Below, in pieces: positions 17,568-26,732 of a stretch of 52,423 nucleotides of DNA. The stretch's first letter is position 1, and every line of letters begins with the position of its first letter. The DNA lies in the IMG/VR virus record IMGVR_UViG_3300020045_010931, positions 1-52,423 of that record; one strand, given 5' to 3'. A program made the position numbers and the translations under genes. The notes below the pieces were generated by a model. The model did no database searches. It saw only the letters and a program-made list of their open reading frames with translations, and was not told where the DNA came from. This DNA is from a virus. Lineage: Duplodnaviria; Caudoviricetes.

Positions 17568-18188
17568 TTATTTGTCATTTATAATTACGGTCTGTATGGC
17601 GCCCTCCTGGCGACGGCCTTTAAATACGATCTGTCTAATTGTCGTATTATTCGTTATGGCGCCCGGTTTATCGGTTTCGTTAGTAGGCGTTTGTAAGCTG
17701 GCCATTATCTCGTAACGCTTTGTTATACACCATTGGACGGTATCCAGGAAACGCTTATTACCGGCGCCCTCCCGTTCGTTATCAATAATCTCGGTTACTA
17801 AGAGGACCGGCGCCCGCTTACTGGTGGCCTTATGCTTACCAACGGGTACGCTTTTAGTCTGGCGTATCTTCTCTGGCTGGCACGACCTAACCCAGGCGTC
17901 CCAGGCTTCGCGCTCCAGGTTTTCGATTTTCAGCAACTCCCGGCGCTTGTAATCATTAATGGCCTCGGTGTTTTGTTCGGTCCAGTCCTTTAAAGCCGCC
18001 TGTATCGTTTCGTAAACCGTTGATAGCGAACAGCCCCGCGGCAACTCCTGGCTAATCCTTTCGGCAACTGCTTTGAGTGTGGTATTGCCCTGCAAATAGT
18101 ACTTAACTGCTTTTTCCTGGACCGCCGCCCGCCACACCGCGGAGGGTGTTAACTTTTTGCGTGGACCCAGGCCCGTTTTTTGTGTCAT
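17568..18188 (-). CDS. terS: Terminase small subunit
   Basis: N-terminal HTH (LKAVAERI...SLSTVYETI), LENLEREAWDAW helix, directly upstream of terL. Confidence 0.75.
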   Translation of the reverse strand: MTQKTGLGPRKKLTPSAVWRAAVQEKAVKYYLQGNTTLKAVAERISQELPRGCSLSTVYETIQAALKDWTEQNTEAINDYKRRELLKIENLEREAWDAWVRSCQPEKIRQTKSVPVGKHKATSKRAPVLLVTEIIDNEREGAGNKRFLDTVQWCITKRYEIMASLQTPTNETDKPGAITNNTTIRQIVFKGRRQEGAIQTVIINDK

Positions 18189-18313
18189 AGCTTTATGCTT
18201 ATTTTATCTACGTTGTAAATATCTTATAAAATTAGGGTTTTCTCTGCTCTCTTTATATAGTGGCTATACGTTGTCCTGGGTGGTTTCGCTCACTTTTGGC
18301 CAGATACGGCACG

Positions 18314-18343
18314 AAAAAGCCCGGAATTATGACAAATCCGGGC
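18314..18343 (-). terminator. Intrinsic terminator upstream of terS
   Basis: GCCCGGA/TCCGGGC stem with a U-tract, flanked by direct repeats GCTCACTTTTG. Confidence 0.7.
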
Positions 18344-18376
18344 CTAATCTGCTCACTTTTGAGCGCTTTTGTGCTG

Positions 18377-18766
18377 TTAACAATAACTAATGTCCTCCAG
18401 TATTGCCTCCCTGGGCGTATAACCGTCGTCAAAATAGTTAATCCAGGGGTCAAAATCCAGCGGACCGTCGCCTATATGGTATCCATACCGGCGTCCTACC
18501 TTATTAAACTCGTTTACCCACAATCTTAGGGTCTCTTTCTTTTTAAGGCGCCTGGATAGTCTTTTTTTGGGTATAAAAACCGTTAACTCGCTGGGGTGCC
18601 TAAAAATCATTTCGCCGGCCGCCGTTTCGCATTTATAAAATGTCAATCCGCCAGGCTCCGCCCCTTTGGCTTTTAACTGTACCTTAATCCCGTCGGCCGT
18701 GTACCAACGCTGGCCAATCATTGGCCTTGTTTTTACCTTAAATAGTGTGTTGGGTTTATTTTTCAT
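18377..18766 (-). CDS. Hypothetical protein
   Basis: C-terminal W..YFDDGYTPREAI phage motif. Confidence 0.65.
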   Translation of the reverse strand: MKNKPNTLFKVKTRPMIGQRWYTADGIKVQLKAKGAEPGGLTFYKCETAAGEMIFRHPSELTVFIPKKRLSRRLKKKETLRLWVNEFNKVGRRYGYHIGDGPLDFDPWINYFDDGYTPREAILEDISYC

Positions 18767-19011
18767 TACTGTTTGCTCTCCTCTGGGGTTAAGTTGCCGG
18801 CCGTTTTAATGGCGCTATCAACGTCGTACCCTATTCTTTTAGTGTTATTTAGGTTTTTGTTGTCCTGGTGGTTAACGAAATACCAGCCATAACGCTGTAT
18901 TCCGCACGACCCGGTATAATAAACCGTAAAATCGGTAAAGCCCCGCCTTAACAGGGCCTTAACGATCTTGTGGTTTTTGTCCTCCTGGCTGGTGTATATC
19001 TTTTTTGCCAT
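18766..19011 (-). CDS. Hypothetical protein
   Basis: Translationally coupled ORF. Confidence 0.6.
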   Translation of the reverse strand: MAKKIYTSQEDKNHKIVKALLRRGFTDFTVYYTGSCGIQRYGWYFVNHQDNKNLNNTKRIGYDVDSAIKTAGNLTPEESKQ

Positions 19012-19026
19012 GTTTGTCTACTTTTA

Positions 19027-19094
19027 CCGTATGGTTTTTTCGGACGCCATGCCGTACGCATCGCCAACGCTATGCCCGACGGCACGCCATACGG
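19027..19094. repeat. Intergenic cluster of ~12-bp iteron-like repeats that also forms a long hairpin
   Basis: GACGCCATGCCG, TACGCATCGCCA, AACGCTATGCCC, GACGGCACGCCA; outer stem CCGTATGG/CCATACGG. Confidence 0.6.
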
Positions 19095-19098
19095 CAAT

Positions 19099-19593
19099 TT
19101 AGTCAACTGGCGACGCCTCAATTTGCGCGTCTATATCCTCCAGCATTTCGGCCAGGTTCTTATTTACGCGGGGGTTGTACCCGTACCTGGACCCCATAAA
19201 CTCTCGTAGAGTTTTCGCGCTATCGCCGCAAAAGTCCCGCAACAATACCCGGCAATCAATATTATAACTAAACTGCCTAATGTTATGAGTTTCCTTTTGT
19301 CCTATAGCAACCCTGTTTACCCATACCGATAAATTAAATCGCTCGGTAACCTCCGGGTCCGTGTCGTGCGTACCTGGGCTTAACTCGGTAATGCTGGGTT
19401 GATAGCAACAATCCTGGTTAACCAGGAAAAACCCGCCAGGCACCATAATTACGGCGTCTTTTGATACGTTCAAATATTCGCCAGCCTTTAAATAGTTAGG
19501 TATTAACGCCTCTATATGCTGGGTAAGGTCGGAATAAGCCACCGGGTAAACCATTACGTTATCCGCGGTACTCTTTGTTTTTTTGTTTTTCAT
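19099..19593 (-). CDS. Hypothetical protein
   Basis: 164 aa ORF. Confidence 0.6.
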   Translation of the reverse strand: MKNKKTKSTADNVMVYPVAYSDLTQHIEALIPNYLKAGEYLNVSKDAVIMVPGGFFLVNQDCCYQPSITELSPGTHDTDPEVTERFNLSVWVNRVAIGQKETHNIRQFSYNIDCRVLLRDFCGDSAKTLREFMGSRYGYNPRVNKNLAEMLEDIDAQIEASPVD

Positions 19594-19751
19594 TAGTGCT
19601 GGTCCTCCATTACCTCCCGGATATGTTCGGCCCTGGCCCTGGTATCCTCGCTAATTTGATTTAATACGCTTAATTGGTCCTCCATAGATAGGTCGGCGGT
19701 TTCGACCTCTAAAAACACCGTAATGTTTCCGACCGCTGTCTGTACGTCCAT
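19593..19751 (-). CDS. Small hypothetical protein (52 aa, not in the ORF track)
   Basis: MDVQTAVGNITVF...EDQH*; A-rich leader and TAATG coupling. Confidence 0.6.
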   Translation of the reverse strand: MDVQTAVGNITVFLEVETADLSMEDQLSVLNQISEDTRARAEHIREVMEDQH

Positions 19752-19844
19752 TTTTTTGATATATAATTAGTGAATTATTTTAGATCCATTTAAACCGGAA
19801 ACATCAAAGCTGGGCGGGTCCACAATTTCGGTAATACGGCTAAT

Positions 19845-20504
19845 TCACCAGCCCATAAGGGTACGGGAGCGCGTTATCTCGTTAACGTAATTTTCGGCTC
19901 CTGCACGCTCCAGGCGGCCGACCTCTGCCATAAACAGCGCTCCAGCTTTGGCCAGCTGTTTGATATTGCCAGCTTTGGTGCCTTTGGTAGGTTTCCACCA
20001 AATAGCCGCCCAGGGCCAAAACGGCGGTATTTCCACGTCGCCCGGTCGGTCGTAATTTTGTAAATACCCCTCCCCAGCTTTATATAATTGCTCCTCTATA
20101 TACTCGTCGTCCATAGCCTCGGTAATCTTCAACACATTAACTACCCGGTTACGTTCGGCCTGTACATACTTAAACCCGGCCTCCGCTGTATATAGGTCCG
20201 GGTGTCTCGGTAACATTACCAGGCGTTTGCGCTCCTCCTCGCTACAAATACAGGCGCTCCCGTCGTTGGGTTGCCAGCTGGCGGCGTGGTCGATAAGTTG
20301 CTGGGCTATACCCATGTAAAAATTACGTATATCCTCCCCCATCATGTGGAAAAATGTAAGGGCGCCCGCCTGGCCGTGCTGTCTGGCCAATTTTTCGGCC
20401 AGGTTTTGCAAATGTGGCGTACCCTCAAATAAAGCCTCTGCCAGCTGGCTAATAGTCAGCTTTGCGTTAGGGTCCTTAACCTTTAAAACCGTGTGGTTAT
20501 TCAT
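19845..20504 (-). CDS. Conserved phage protein (AER...DDE...WPW...WWKP...LAKAGAL..AE..RL family)
   Basis: Recognisable widespread phage domain of unknown function in the C-terminal half. Confidence 0.7.
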   Translation of the reverse strand: MNNHTVLKVKDPNAKLTISQLAEALFEGTPHLQNLAEKLARQHGQAGALTFFHMMGEDIRNFYMGIAQQLIDHAASWQPNDGSACICSEEERKRLVMLPRHPDLYTAEAGFKYVQAERNRVVNVLKITEAMDDEYIEEQLYKAGEGYLQNYDRPGDVEIPPFWPWAAIWWKPTKGTKAGNIKQLAKAGALFMAEVGRLERAGAENYVNEITRSRTLMGW

Positions 20505-20782
20505 TACTTTATGATTTTGATTTGTTTGATAGATTTTATTGCTTTTGTATCTCTAAAACGCTCCCCAGGCGTGGGCGCCTCAATTAGCATTATATCCCCG
20601 GAATGTTTGAATTTTACAAACTCGGTATATGTTCGCGGCTCCAGGTAATGTATGTTGTCGGTTAGCTTGTAACCCAGCTGGACGGGCCGGTTGCGCATAA
20701 ATGGCCATAATGCTAAAAATTGGCTCTTTGTCATTCCCCCAGGTTTGATAAATGGGTATCGTTGCCAGGCGCTGACGGCCAC
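20504..20782 (-). CDS. Hypothetical protein
   Basis: Coupled ORF; start uncertain (ATGA overlap near 20734). Confidence 0.5.
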   Translation of the reverse strand: MAVSAWQRYPFIKPGGMTKSQFLALWPFMRNRPVQLGYKLTDNIHYLEPRTYTEFVKFKHSGDIMLIEAPTPGERFRDTKAIKSIKQIKIIK

Positions 20783-21381
20783 GGTTTCGGCTCTGGCACG
20801 CTCATTAATTCGTTTTTAGGTATTGGTACCGCGTCTGGATTTTCGCGGCGATCTACTATTTTACCCGTCTTGTCAATCCCCCCGTAACCGCTTTTAGTTA
20901 ACTCTATGCCGGCACGTAACAAGGCCAGTCTTTCCGCGTCACCAGCGGCCAGCGGTGGCCCCTCCATTGTAACGCCCCAGGTTTCAACAATATTACCGGC
21001 CAGGTCGTGGCGGCGTTCGTATGTTCTGGTCATATCCCCATCCTTTACCGGGTTAGGCATAGTTACCCAGTCCTCCAGCTTAAACCAAAAATCAAAACTT
21101 CTGGCCGTTGCCTCAATATTGGTGTTATCGTTAATATACGCCTGGTGAAACCCCACGGCTATTGCCTTAACGTCCGCAACGTAAAAAACCGGCTCTATGG
21201 CCGGTAATTCGCTGTCTGGATAAGGGAAAACAACCCCGTTGCTAAATGTAATGGGCGTATCTAACGCTTTTAACTTGATACAAGCATCTTTATAAAGGGC
21301 AACTATACCCTTTTTGCCGTGTTTCATTATTTCCGCCTCCCACTCTGGGCCAAACGGTGTGTAATCCTCGCTATCCTGCAT
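20731..21381 (-). CDS. Hypothetical protein
   Basis: YTPFGPEWEAE and SGYGGIDKTGKIVDRRENPDA modules. Confidence 0.65.
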   Translation of the reverse strand: MQDSEDYTPFGPEWEAEIMKHGKKGIVALYKDACIKLKALDTPITFSNGVVFPYPDSELPAIEPVFYVADVKAIAVGFHQAYINDNTNIEATARSFDFWFKLEDWVTMPNPVKDGDMTRTYERRHDLAGNIVETWGVTMEGPPLAAGDAERLALLRAGIELTKSGYGGIDKTGKIVDRRENPDAVPIPKNELMSVPEPKPWPSAPGNDTHLSNLGE

Positions 21382-21387
21382 CGCTTT

Positions 21388-22149
21388 TTATTTTTTAAAT
21401 AGTTTTCTAACTGCCTGGTATGGGGTATAATGAGCGTTGTACAAAACCATTGCATCATTATATTTAAACTGTACATGCTCCTCCAGGATACCCTTACGTT
21501 TTGCCTCCAGTTCGATAAGCATACGCAACCAGGGGCCTATCTCGGTATCCTTAATTGTCGCGGTGGTGAACGCAACATTTTTTTGATGCTCCAGCGTTGC
21601 CTCCTTTTGCTCCCTGGGGCTTTCCATGCCACCGGTACCGGTTTTGTCACGATACCAGGCCACCAACATATCCCAGTACGTTACGCTGTGCATTTCGCCC
21701 GTAACTACATGGTCGGGCATAATTTGTTTAACGTAAAGAGTGTGGTTTACCTGGCCTTTAGGCGCGAACAGCATACAAATACGTTTCCACCAGCTGGCGG
21801 TCCAGTTCGTGCTAATCGTTACCTGGTCGCGGTATTTTTCTCCCTTAAATTCGATTAGTTCGCCGGGCTGGTTCATTTCCAGGTATTTCTCTCGCATTTT
21901 GTCCAGCGCCGCAATGATGTTGTCCAGGGATTGCGCGTTACTAAACTCAATTTTAACAGGCAATGCCGATACGTCCAGCTTTTTGTCCATGTTAAACTCC
22001 CGGCACCCGTCACGGCCTTGCAATAGCCATAAAACCGGGGTATCTTTCTCCAGCTTTAACTCCATGCCAGGCCCCACCGTAATGTCCCCGGTGCCTAATT
22101 TGATAACGTAAACATCGTTTACGCCCACCTTTTTAATTTTCATTCCCAT
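21388..22149 (-). CDS. Hypothetical protein
   Basis: 253 aa ORF. Confidence 0.6.
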   Translation of the reverse strand: MGMKIKKVGVNDVYVIKLGTGDITVGPGMELKLEKDTPVLWLLQGRDGCREFNMDKKLDVSALPVKIEFSNAQSLDNIIAALDKMREKYLEMNQPGELIEFKGEKYRDQVTISTNWTASWWKRICMLFAPKGQVNHTLYVKQIMPDHVVTGEMHSVTYWDMLVAWYRDKTGTGGMESPREQKEATLEHQKNVAFTTATIKDTEIGPWLRMLIELEAKRKGILEEHVQFKYNDAMVLYNAHYTPYQAVRKLFKK

Positions 22150-22150
22150 A

Positions 22151-22420
22151 CTAAAACATCGGGTTAAAGCCTGGGGCTGGTTTAAACTTGATTATTTTTT
22201 TTGCAGGAATATGCACCGGCACCCCGGCGGCTATATTCCGGCCTATTTTGGCTTTACGCTCAATCGTTTGGAATGAGCCAAACCCGCGAATAAATACGCC
22301 CTCACCGGTCGCGGCCGTGTGGTGTATGGTGTCCAGAATAGCCTCTAAAGACTTTTTTACGTCCGCTGGATCTACTTTAGATTTTTGGGCGGCTTTTGCG
22401 ATTAACTCGGCTTTTGTCAT
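22151..22420 (-). CDS. hup: HU/IHF-family DNA-binding protein
   Basis: MTKAELI...IRGFGSF...RKAKIGRNI...IPAKKIIKFKP signature. Confidence 0.95.
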   Translation of the reverse strand: MTKAELIAKAAQKSKVDPADVKKSLEAILDTIHHTAATGEGVFIRGFGSFQTIERKAKIGRNIAAGVPVHIPAKKIIKFKPAPGFNPMF

Positions 22421-22439
22421 GATACTAATTGTTTGATTA

Positions 22440-23069
22440 TTATTTAATTGAATTAAGAAACTCGGTAGCGTCCGCGCCGTCAGCCCAGCCTATGGCCTGT
22501 TTATATTCTGACGGTCCGGAAAAACAAACGTTGTTACCCTCTATGTGGGTAACCTTTAAAACGCCGTTTTTAGCTAAGAACGTGGCGGCCCTCATATATT
22601 CGCGCATTGTCTTATCACTTAACGGCCATTTGTTAGCAAACTCTGAAAACGCCAAAAACAAGTAATAAAGACTTTCTAACGCTGTTGGCTGGCCAGGCTC
22701 ATAAGTATTACCAGGCTCAACAAAAACGTCTAACTCGTCAATACCATGCTCCAGGTCCATACATTCGCTGGCCATCAGCTGGCGTACAAACGCCTCCTGG
22801 TATTTGGACAAAAGCCCGGTATCAATCATTCCCTGGCGGTCGATGCCGTATAATAGGGCCTCGTCTATGGTTTCGTCAGTTACCGGTTTAAGGTCCTCAA
22901 TATCAACCCAGCCCTCATAATGAAAAATGCCGCAACTGCCCTCCATGCTGGGGTGTGGACCTATGGTTACAAATGACAAAATCGGGTTTAAAAACGCCGG
23001 CTCTTTGTCCTCCTTAATGGTTTGCCAGTAAAATACTGGGGTACCCTCTTTTAAATCTTCGCTTTGCAT
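22440..23069 (-). CDS. Hypothetical protein
   Basis: 209 aa ORF. Confidence 0.6.
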   Translation of the reverse strand: MQSEDLKEGTPVFYWQTIKEDKEPAFLNPILSFVTIGPHPSMEGSCGIFHYEGWVDIEDLKPVTDETIDEALLYGIDRQGMIDTGLLSKYQEAFVRQLMASECMDLEHGIDELDVFVEPGNTYEPGQPTALESLYYLFLAFSEFANKWPLSDKTMREYMRAATFLAKNGVLKVTHIEGNNVCFSGPSEYKQAIGWADGADATEFLNSIK

Positions 23070-23326
23070 ACTTGTATGTTAAATATTTCCAGGTGAAACT
23101 CTATGTACTCCAGCAACCAGTAATTTTTTACGCCGGTTGCCTCATTTCTATACCACAAAAACCAGCTGGCCGGTACCTCTGCCAGGGTTAGGCCCTGGTG
23201 TGGCCCAAACGCCATTAATGTATCGTCCAGGACGTCCTTATTGTATGGCGCGTAATAATTTACCGCTGGCCGTTGCGGTGTGGTATGGCCGCCCCAGTTA
23301 GGGGCCTCAATTGTTTGCTCACTCAT
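23051..23326 (-). CDS. DUF3820/ExoX C-terminal-like small protein
   Basis: MAFGPHQGLTLAEVPASWFLW matches the MPFGKHKG..L.EVP..YL.W pattern. Confidence 0.7.
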   Translation of the reverse strand: MSEQTIEAPNWGGHTTPQRPAVNYYAPYNKDVLDDTLMAFGPHQGLTLAEVPASWFLWYRNEATGVKNYWLLEYIEFHLEIFNIQVCKAKI

Positions 23327-23750
23327 TGTATAAAATAAATTGACCTCGGTACAGATAGGTATTGTTTCTCGTTCGGCTAACCTCCAGTAAATCCCCGTCG
23401 CCAAACATTGCGTAAACCATGTAAAACTCCCCGTCCAGCTTTATGCCGTCCACCTCGGTAAGATGCTTTTTAGCCTTTCTTTTTGGGGCAACGCCTCCAG
23501 GTGGTAAACGGAACGCGGCAAATAAATCCCCGTCCATATCAACCAGGCCGGCATACTCAACCCAGGGGGTCCACTCGTCAACATGTGCGCTGGACGTTAT
23601 TTTACCGGATTTTGCCGGCATTCCGATTTGTGTAACCTTTGTACCCGGTTCTAAACCGTAACAAGGGTTTAGGATTAAGTCAGGGCGCCCGTAAATTATT
23701 GGTTTGCCGTGTATTTCAATCCGTTCAAAAAAGAAAATTGATTTTTGCAT
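23319..23750 (-). CDS. Hypothetical protein
   Basis: 143 aa ORF. Confidence 0.6.
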   Translation of the reverse strand: MQKSIFFFERIEIHGKPIIYGRPDLILNPCYGLEPGTKVTQIGMPAKSGKITSSAHVDEWTPWVEYAGLVDMDGDLFAAFRLPPGGVAPKRKAKKHLTEVDGIKLDGEFYMVYAMFGDGDLLEVSRTRNNTYLYRGQFILYNE

Positions 23751-23920
23751 TACGCCTGGGGATGCTCCGCGCCGTAAAGATTATACCCGTAATGAGTTGT
23801 AATTATAGGGTTATCAGCGTGGTTGATGTGTTCGCCAATTTCGGCCTCCATAGCCTCGGTAATGTGGTCGAACGTCTGGCCATAAGCGGCGGCCGTGTGG
23901 TTACTTGTTTGGTTTTGCAT
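23750..23920 (-). CDS. Small hypothetical protein (56 aa, not in the ORF track)
   Basis: MQNQTSNHTAAAYG...EHPQA*; TAATG coupling. Confidence 0.55.
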   Translation of the reverse strand: MQNQTSNHTAAAYGQTFDHITEAMEAEIGEHINHADNPIITTHYGYNLYGAEHPQA

Positions 23921-24191
23921 GACGTTTTTTATTTGTTTGAACTAATACTTTTTTCCAAAATACCAGGTCGATTTTGCAATACTTCAACTCTAATTTTAAG
24001 CGGAGGGTTGATGTTTTTGCCAGGCCATCGGCTATTATCTTATAAAATCCGGATACCTGTACGACGTTGGGGTTAATTAGCTTACACGTATAAGGCATGT
24101 CTTTAATAAAGTAGACCGCGATCTGGCCCTTTTTTCTAAAAACCTGTTTATCCTCTTTGGCTTTGTATAAGTAATTAATTTCCTGGCTCAT
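23901..24191 (-). CDS. Hypothetical basic protein
   Basis: Likely start MSQEIN. Confidence 0.5.
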   Translation of the reverse strand: MSQEINYLYKAKEDKQVFRKKGQIAVYFIKDMPYTCKLINPNVVQVSGFYKIIADGLAKTSTLRLKLELKYCKIDLVFWKKVLVQTNKKRHAKPNK

Positions 24192-24236
24192 TAGTATAGT
24201 TGTGGCCCATAACAAACGCTACGGACCAAAAATATA

Positions 24237-24506
24237 CTAAAATTTTCGTTTGGCCATTTTCTCTACAATCCTATTGCCCTCACGGATAGCCTGTTTTTGT
24301 TTCCAGGCGGCGTATTTCTTTACAATCCACATCTCAATATTAACGTCGATACCGACCATAACCAGGCCCAGGATTAAAAAGTTGTAAAGATACCCGACAA
24401 CCAGCGGCGCCAATAATAGTAAATAACTGATATTCACTTTATGGCCAAACTTTAACAGGACCATAATTAAAAATAACCCCTGGGGTAAATCGATGCCTTT
24501 TTTCAT
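24237..24506 (-). CDS. Small membrane protein
   Basis: Hydrophobic segments with a basic C-terminus. Confidence 0.6.
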   Translation of the reverse strand: MKKGIDLPQGLFLIMVLLKFGHKVNISYLLLLAPLVVGYLYNFLILGLVMVGIDVNIEMWIVKKYAAWKQKQAIREGNRIVEKMAKRKF

Positions 24507-24563
24507 GTGTGTTTTATTTAAGTTTCAAATATGTTATATCTTTGTTTAATAACCAAATTAATT

Positions 24564-24941
24564 TTAAAATAATTGAGCGCCGCCGTTTTTCTTTAATTCC
24601 CGCCGGTGCCGTTTCTCGTCAATATCATAACGGAGGTGGCAACGCTGGCACAAAGCGGCCAGGCGCTCCAGCTGTACGTCGTGGTTATCTTCGTCGTGGT
24701 CCAGGTGGGCAACGGTTAGCACGATTTTTACAAACTTTATTTTCGGCTCAAAATCAACCAACACGTCGGCCTCGCTACCCTCTGGCATATATTCCCAGTC
24801 TGCTTGCCCAGGCGTCGGTCGGTAAATAATTGCTTTGTTAGGTACCTGGCAAAACTTACAACAATGGCCGTCCCTTTTGAGAACGGCCGGCACTATTTCT
24901 GTTTTCCAGTTAGTCGGGTATTTGCTGTAATCTACTGGCAT
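24564..24941 (-). CDS. HNH endonuclease
   Basis: RDGHCCKFC...LTVAHLDH...N...LCQRCHLRYD. Confidence 0.88.
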   Translation of the reverse strand: MPVDYSKYPTNWKTEIVPAVLKRDGHCCKFCQVPNKAIIYRPTPGQADWEYMPEGSEADVLVDFEPKIKFVKIVLTVAHLDHDEDNHDVQLERLAALCQRCHLRYDIDEKRHRRELKKNGGAQLF

Positions 24942-25432
24942 GGCTCTATAAATTGCTTTTGGTGGTCGCTTAACGTCTGCCAGCCCTGGGCGCCTTTAAA
25001 AGGAAACGGCCGTATCCTGGTTACGTCGGATAATTCCCAAATCCAGCGGTCGGGGTCGTATCGTATGATCGTTTTGTTTTCCATTAATTCCCGGTCGGTT
25101 TCGTGGTCGCCCATCAACTTACAACCGCTTAAATGCGCAATGCCAATGGCGTACCCCATCGTTTTAGTATCCCAGTCATTTGAACGCCCCAGGAATAAAC
25201 CGTTTGCCTTATACATTTCCTGCATATGTTCAATTTGCTTATCGCTCGAAAACTCCTTTAACTCGGTTGTGGTGAACGCTTTTAAGCTGGTGCATATCAG
25301 TAACAAGCCCCGGTAATGCGTTTGCCTGGTCCGGGTTTCCTGCTTACCCTCATACACGATAGCGGACGCGTAGGGGTCCTTAAACGATAGCGCTTTTACT
25401 TCGCTTAATAAAATCTCCTCTTTTGTTATCAT
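24932..25432 (-). CDS. ASCH-domain protein
   Basis: KALSFKDPYASAIV..GK.ETR...YRGLLLIC and PFKGAQG motifs. Confidence 0.85.
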   Translation of the reverse strand: MITKEEILLSEVKALSFKDPYASAIVYEGKQETRTRQTHYRGLLLICTSLKAFTTTELKEFSSDKQIEHMQEMYKANGLFLGRSNDWDTKTMGYAIGIAHLSGCKLMGDHETDRELMENKTIIRYDPDRWIWELSDVTRIRPFPFKGAQGWQTLSDHQKQFIEPCQ

Positions 25433-25449
25433 GGCTTTTTGTTTTTTGA

Positions 25450-25905
25450 TTATTGAAATATTTGGCCGTAACGCTCGTTTGCGTCAGCTGGTAAAATCCA
25501 ATTATTCTCCAGCGCGTAAAGCAATACCCAGCCCGACGCCATAGAGCCAGGATTTACCATTGTGGCGGTACGTTCCCAGCGTTGCATCTTAGTAAGTTCG
25601 TAAAAATGGTATTCCCAAATCCGGAACGGCGCCGCGTCCCCTGGCGGGTTTGCAACCCTGGCGTATTGGCTTTGTGGCAAAGCCGGCGCCGTTACATCGC
25701 CACCCAGTAAAACGTCTAACTCCTCTTTTGTCCAGGCCGGTACGCTACTATCCGGGTCGTACTCTGTTAGCGGGTCCCAGGGCGCAATCTCCCAAATATC
25801 TTTATCCCCTTTCAAATGCCATAGTACGGCCCTGGGCTGTATGCCAAACTCAATTATTTTGGCGGCAATATCTTTACTGGTTGTTATTTTCGTTAGCGGG
25901 TCCAT
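25450..25905 (-). CDS. Hypothetical protein
   Basis: TS..IAAKI...G and PAWTKEEL..LL phage motif. Confidence 0.65.
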   Translation of the reverse strand: MDPLTKITTSKDIAAKIIEFGIQPRAVLWHLKGDKDIWEIAPWDPLTEYDPDSSVPAWTKEELDVLLGGDVTAPALPQSQYARVANPPGDAAPFRIWEYHFYELTKMQRWERTATMVNPGSMASGWVLLYALENNWILPADANERYGQIFQ

Positions 25906-26164
25906 TGTTCAAAATGTATTGTTTTAAGTGGTACAGGTGTAAATAAGCTACTGTAAAGGGATAAGATAATGGCCTGGCCTCGGTTAATATGGTGGTTGAC
26001 TTATCGACCAATTTATTACAGTCCACCACCGTTATACAGGCGTCAAGTTTAAACGGCGTTGCCGGTAATGTTGCTGTATCAAACCACGCCTTTAGCCGCT
26101 CCGCTTTGCCTTTCGCGCTTTGCTCTCTATCCGTTAGCGGCTCCTGTTTGGGTGTAAACCTCAT
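25874..26164 (-). CDS. DUF6965-like protein
   Basis: WF....LP..PFKLD.C..V.D pattern. Confidence 0.55.
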   Translation of the reverse strand: MRFTPKQEPLTDREQSAKGKAERLKAWFDTATLPATPFKLDACITVVDCNKLVDKSTTILTEARPLSYPFTVAYLHLYHLKQYILNNGPANENNNQ

Positions 26165-26732
26165 ATAAAAAGGGTGGTAAGCGCCTAACCTCCTCCTGGT
26201 TAAGCATGTGCATAAACTTTTTAAAGCGCTCTTTTACAATTGGTATAATCGGCATATCCTCAACCTTTGTGGTCGGGCCGTGCTTACCGTCGTAAATATT
26301 GTGGCAATCCCCGCACGCATAAAAAAAATTATCGTCGTTAACTTCAACGCTGATAAAATGCTCCTTTGGCACGATATGGGCTATAATGGTCCTGGGGTTA
26401 GGGTAATGCCTGAAATTTAACGGGCCTCCGCAATTTTCACAAATCCGCGGCTGGCGTTCTATCCACTTATTAAACCAGATAGCCCGCAATTGGCGCCTGG
26501 CCTCCTCCAGCTTATCGTCCTGGGCTTTCTTACCACTAACTTTTTTAATGGCTGTACGGGCTTTATTTGCGGCCCTAACGTCGTCCGGGCTTACTGGCCA
26601 TATATCAGCGCCCAGCGGAGCGCCTTTAATGTCGGTAACCTTATAAACCCCTTTGTCCTCCAGGTGAAAAAATACGGTTTGGCCGGTTGATATTAAAATC
26701 AATTCCGCCCCGCGCTTTAGCTTACTCCCCAT
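26127..26732 (-). CDS. HNH/NinG-like nuclease
   Basis: CENCG...AHIVPK...N...ACGDCHNIYD. Confidence 0.75.
   Translation of the reverse strand: MGSKLKRGAELILISTGQTVFFHLEDKGVYKVTDIKGAPLGADIWPVSPDDVRAANKARTAIKKVSGKKAQDDKLEEARRQLRAIWFNKWIERQPRICENCGGPLNFRHYPNPRTIIAHIVPKEHFISVEVNDDNFFYACGDCHNIYDGKHGPTTKVEDMPIIPIVKERFKKFMHMLNQEEVRRLPPFLYEVYTQTGAANG

Noticed and set aside
19027-19094. Mini CRISPR array or tRNA
   Set aside because: Units are ~12 bp, degenerate and lack spacers; no T-loop or cloverleaf
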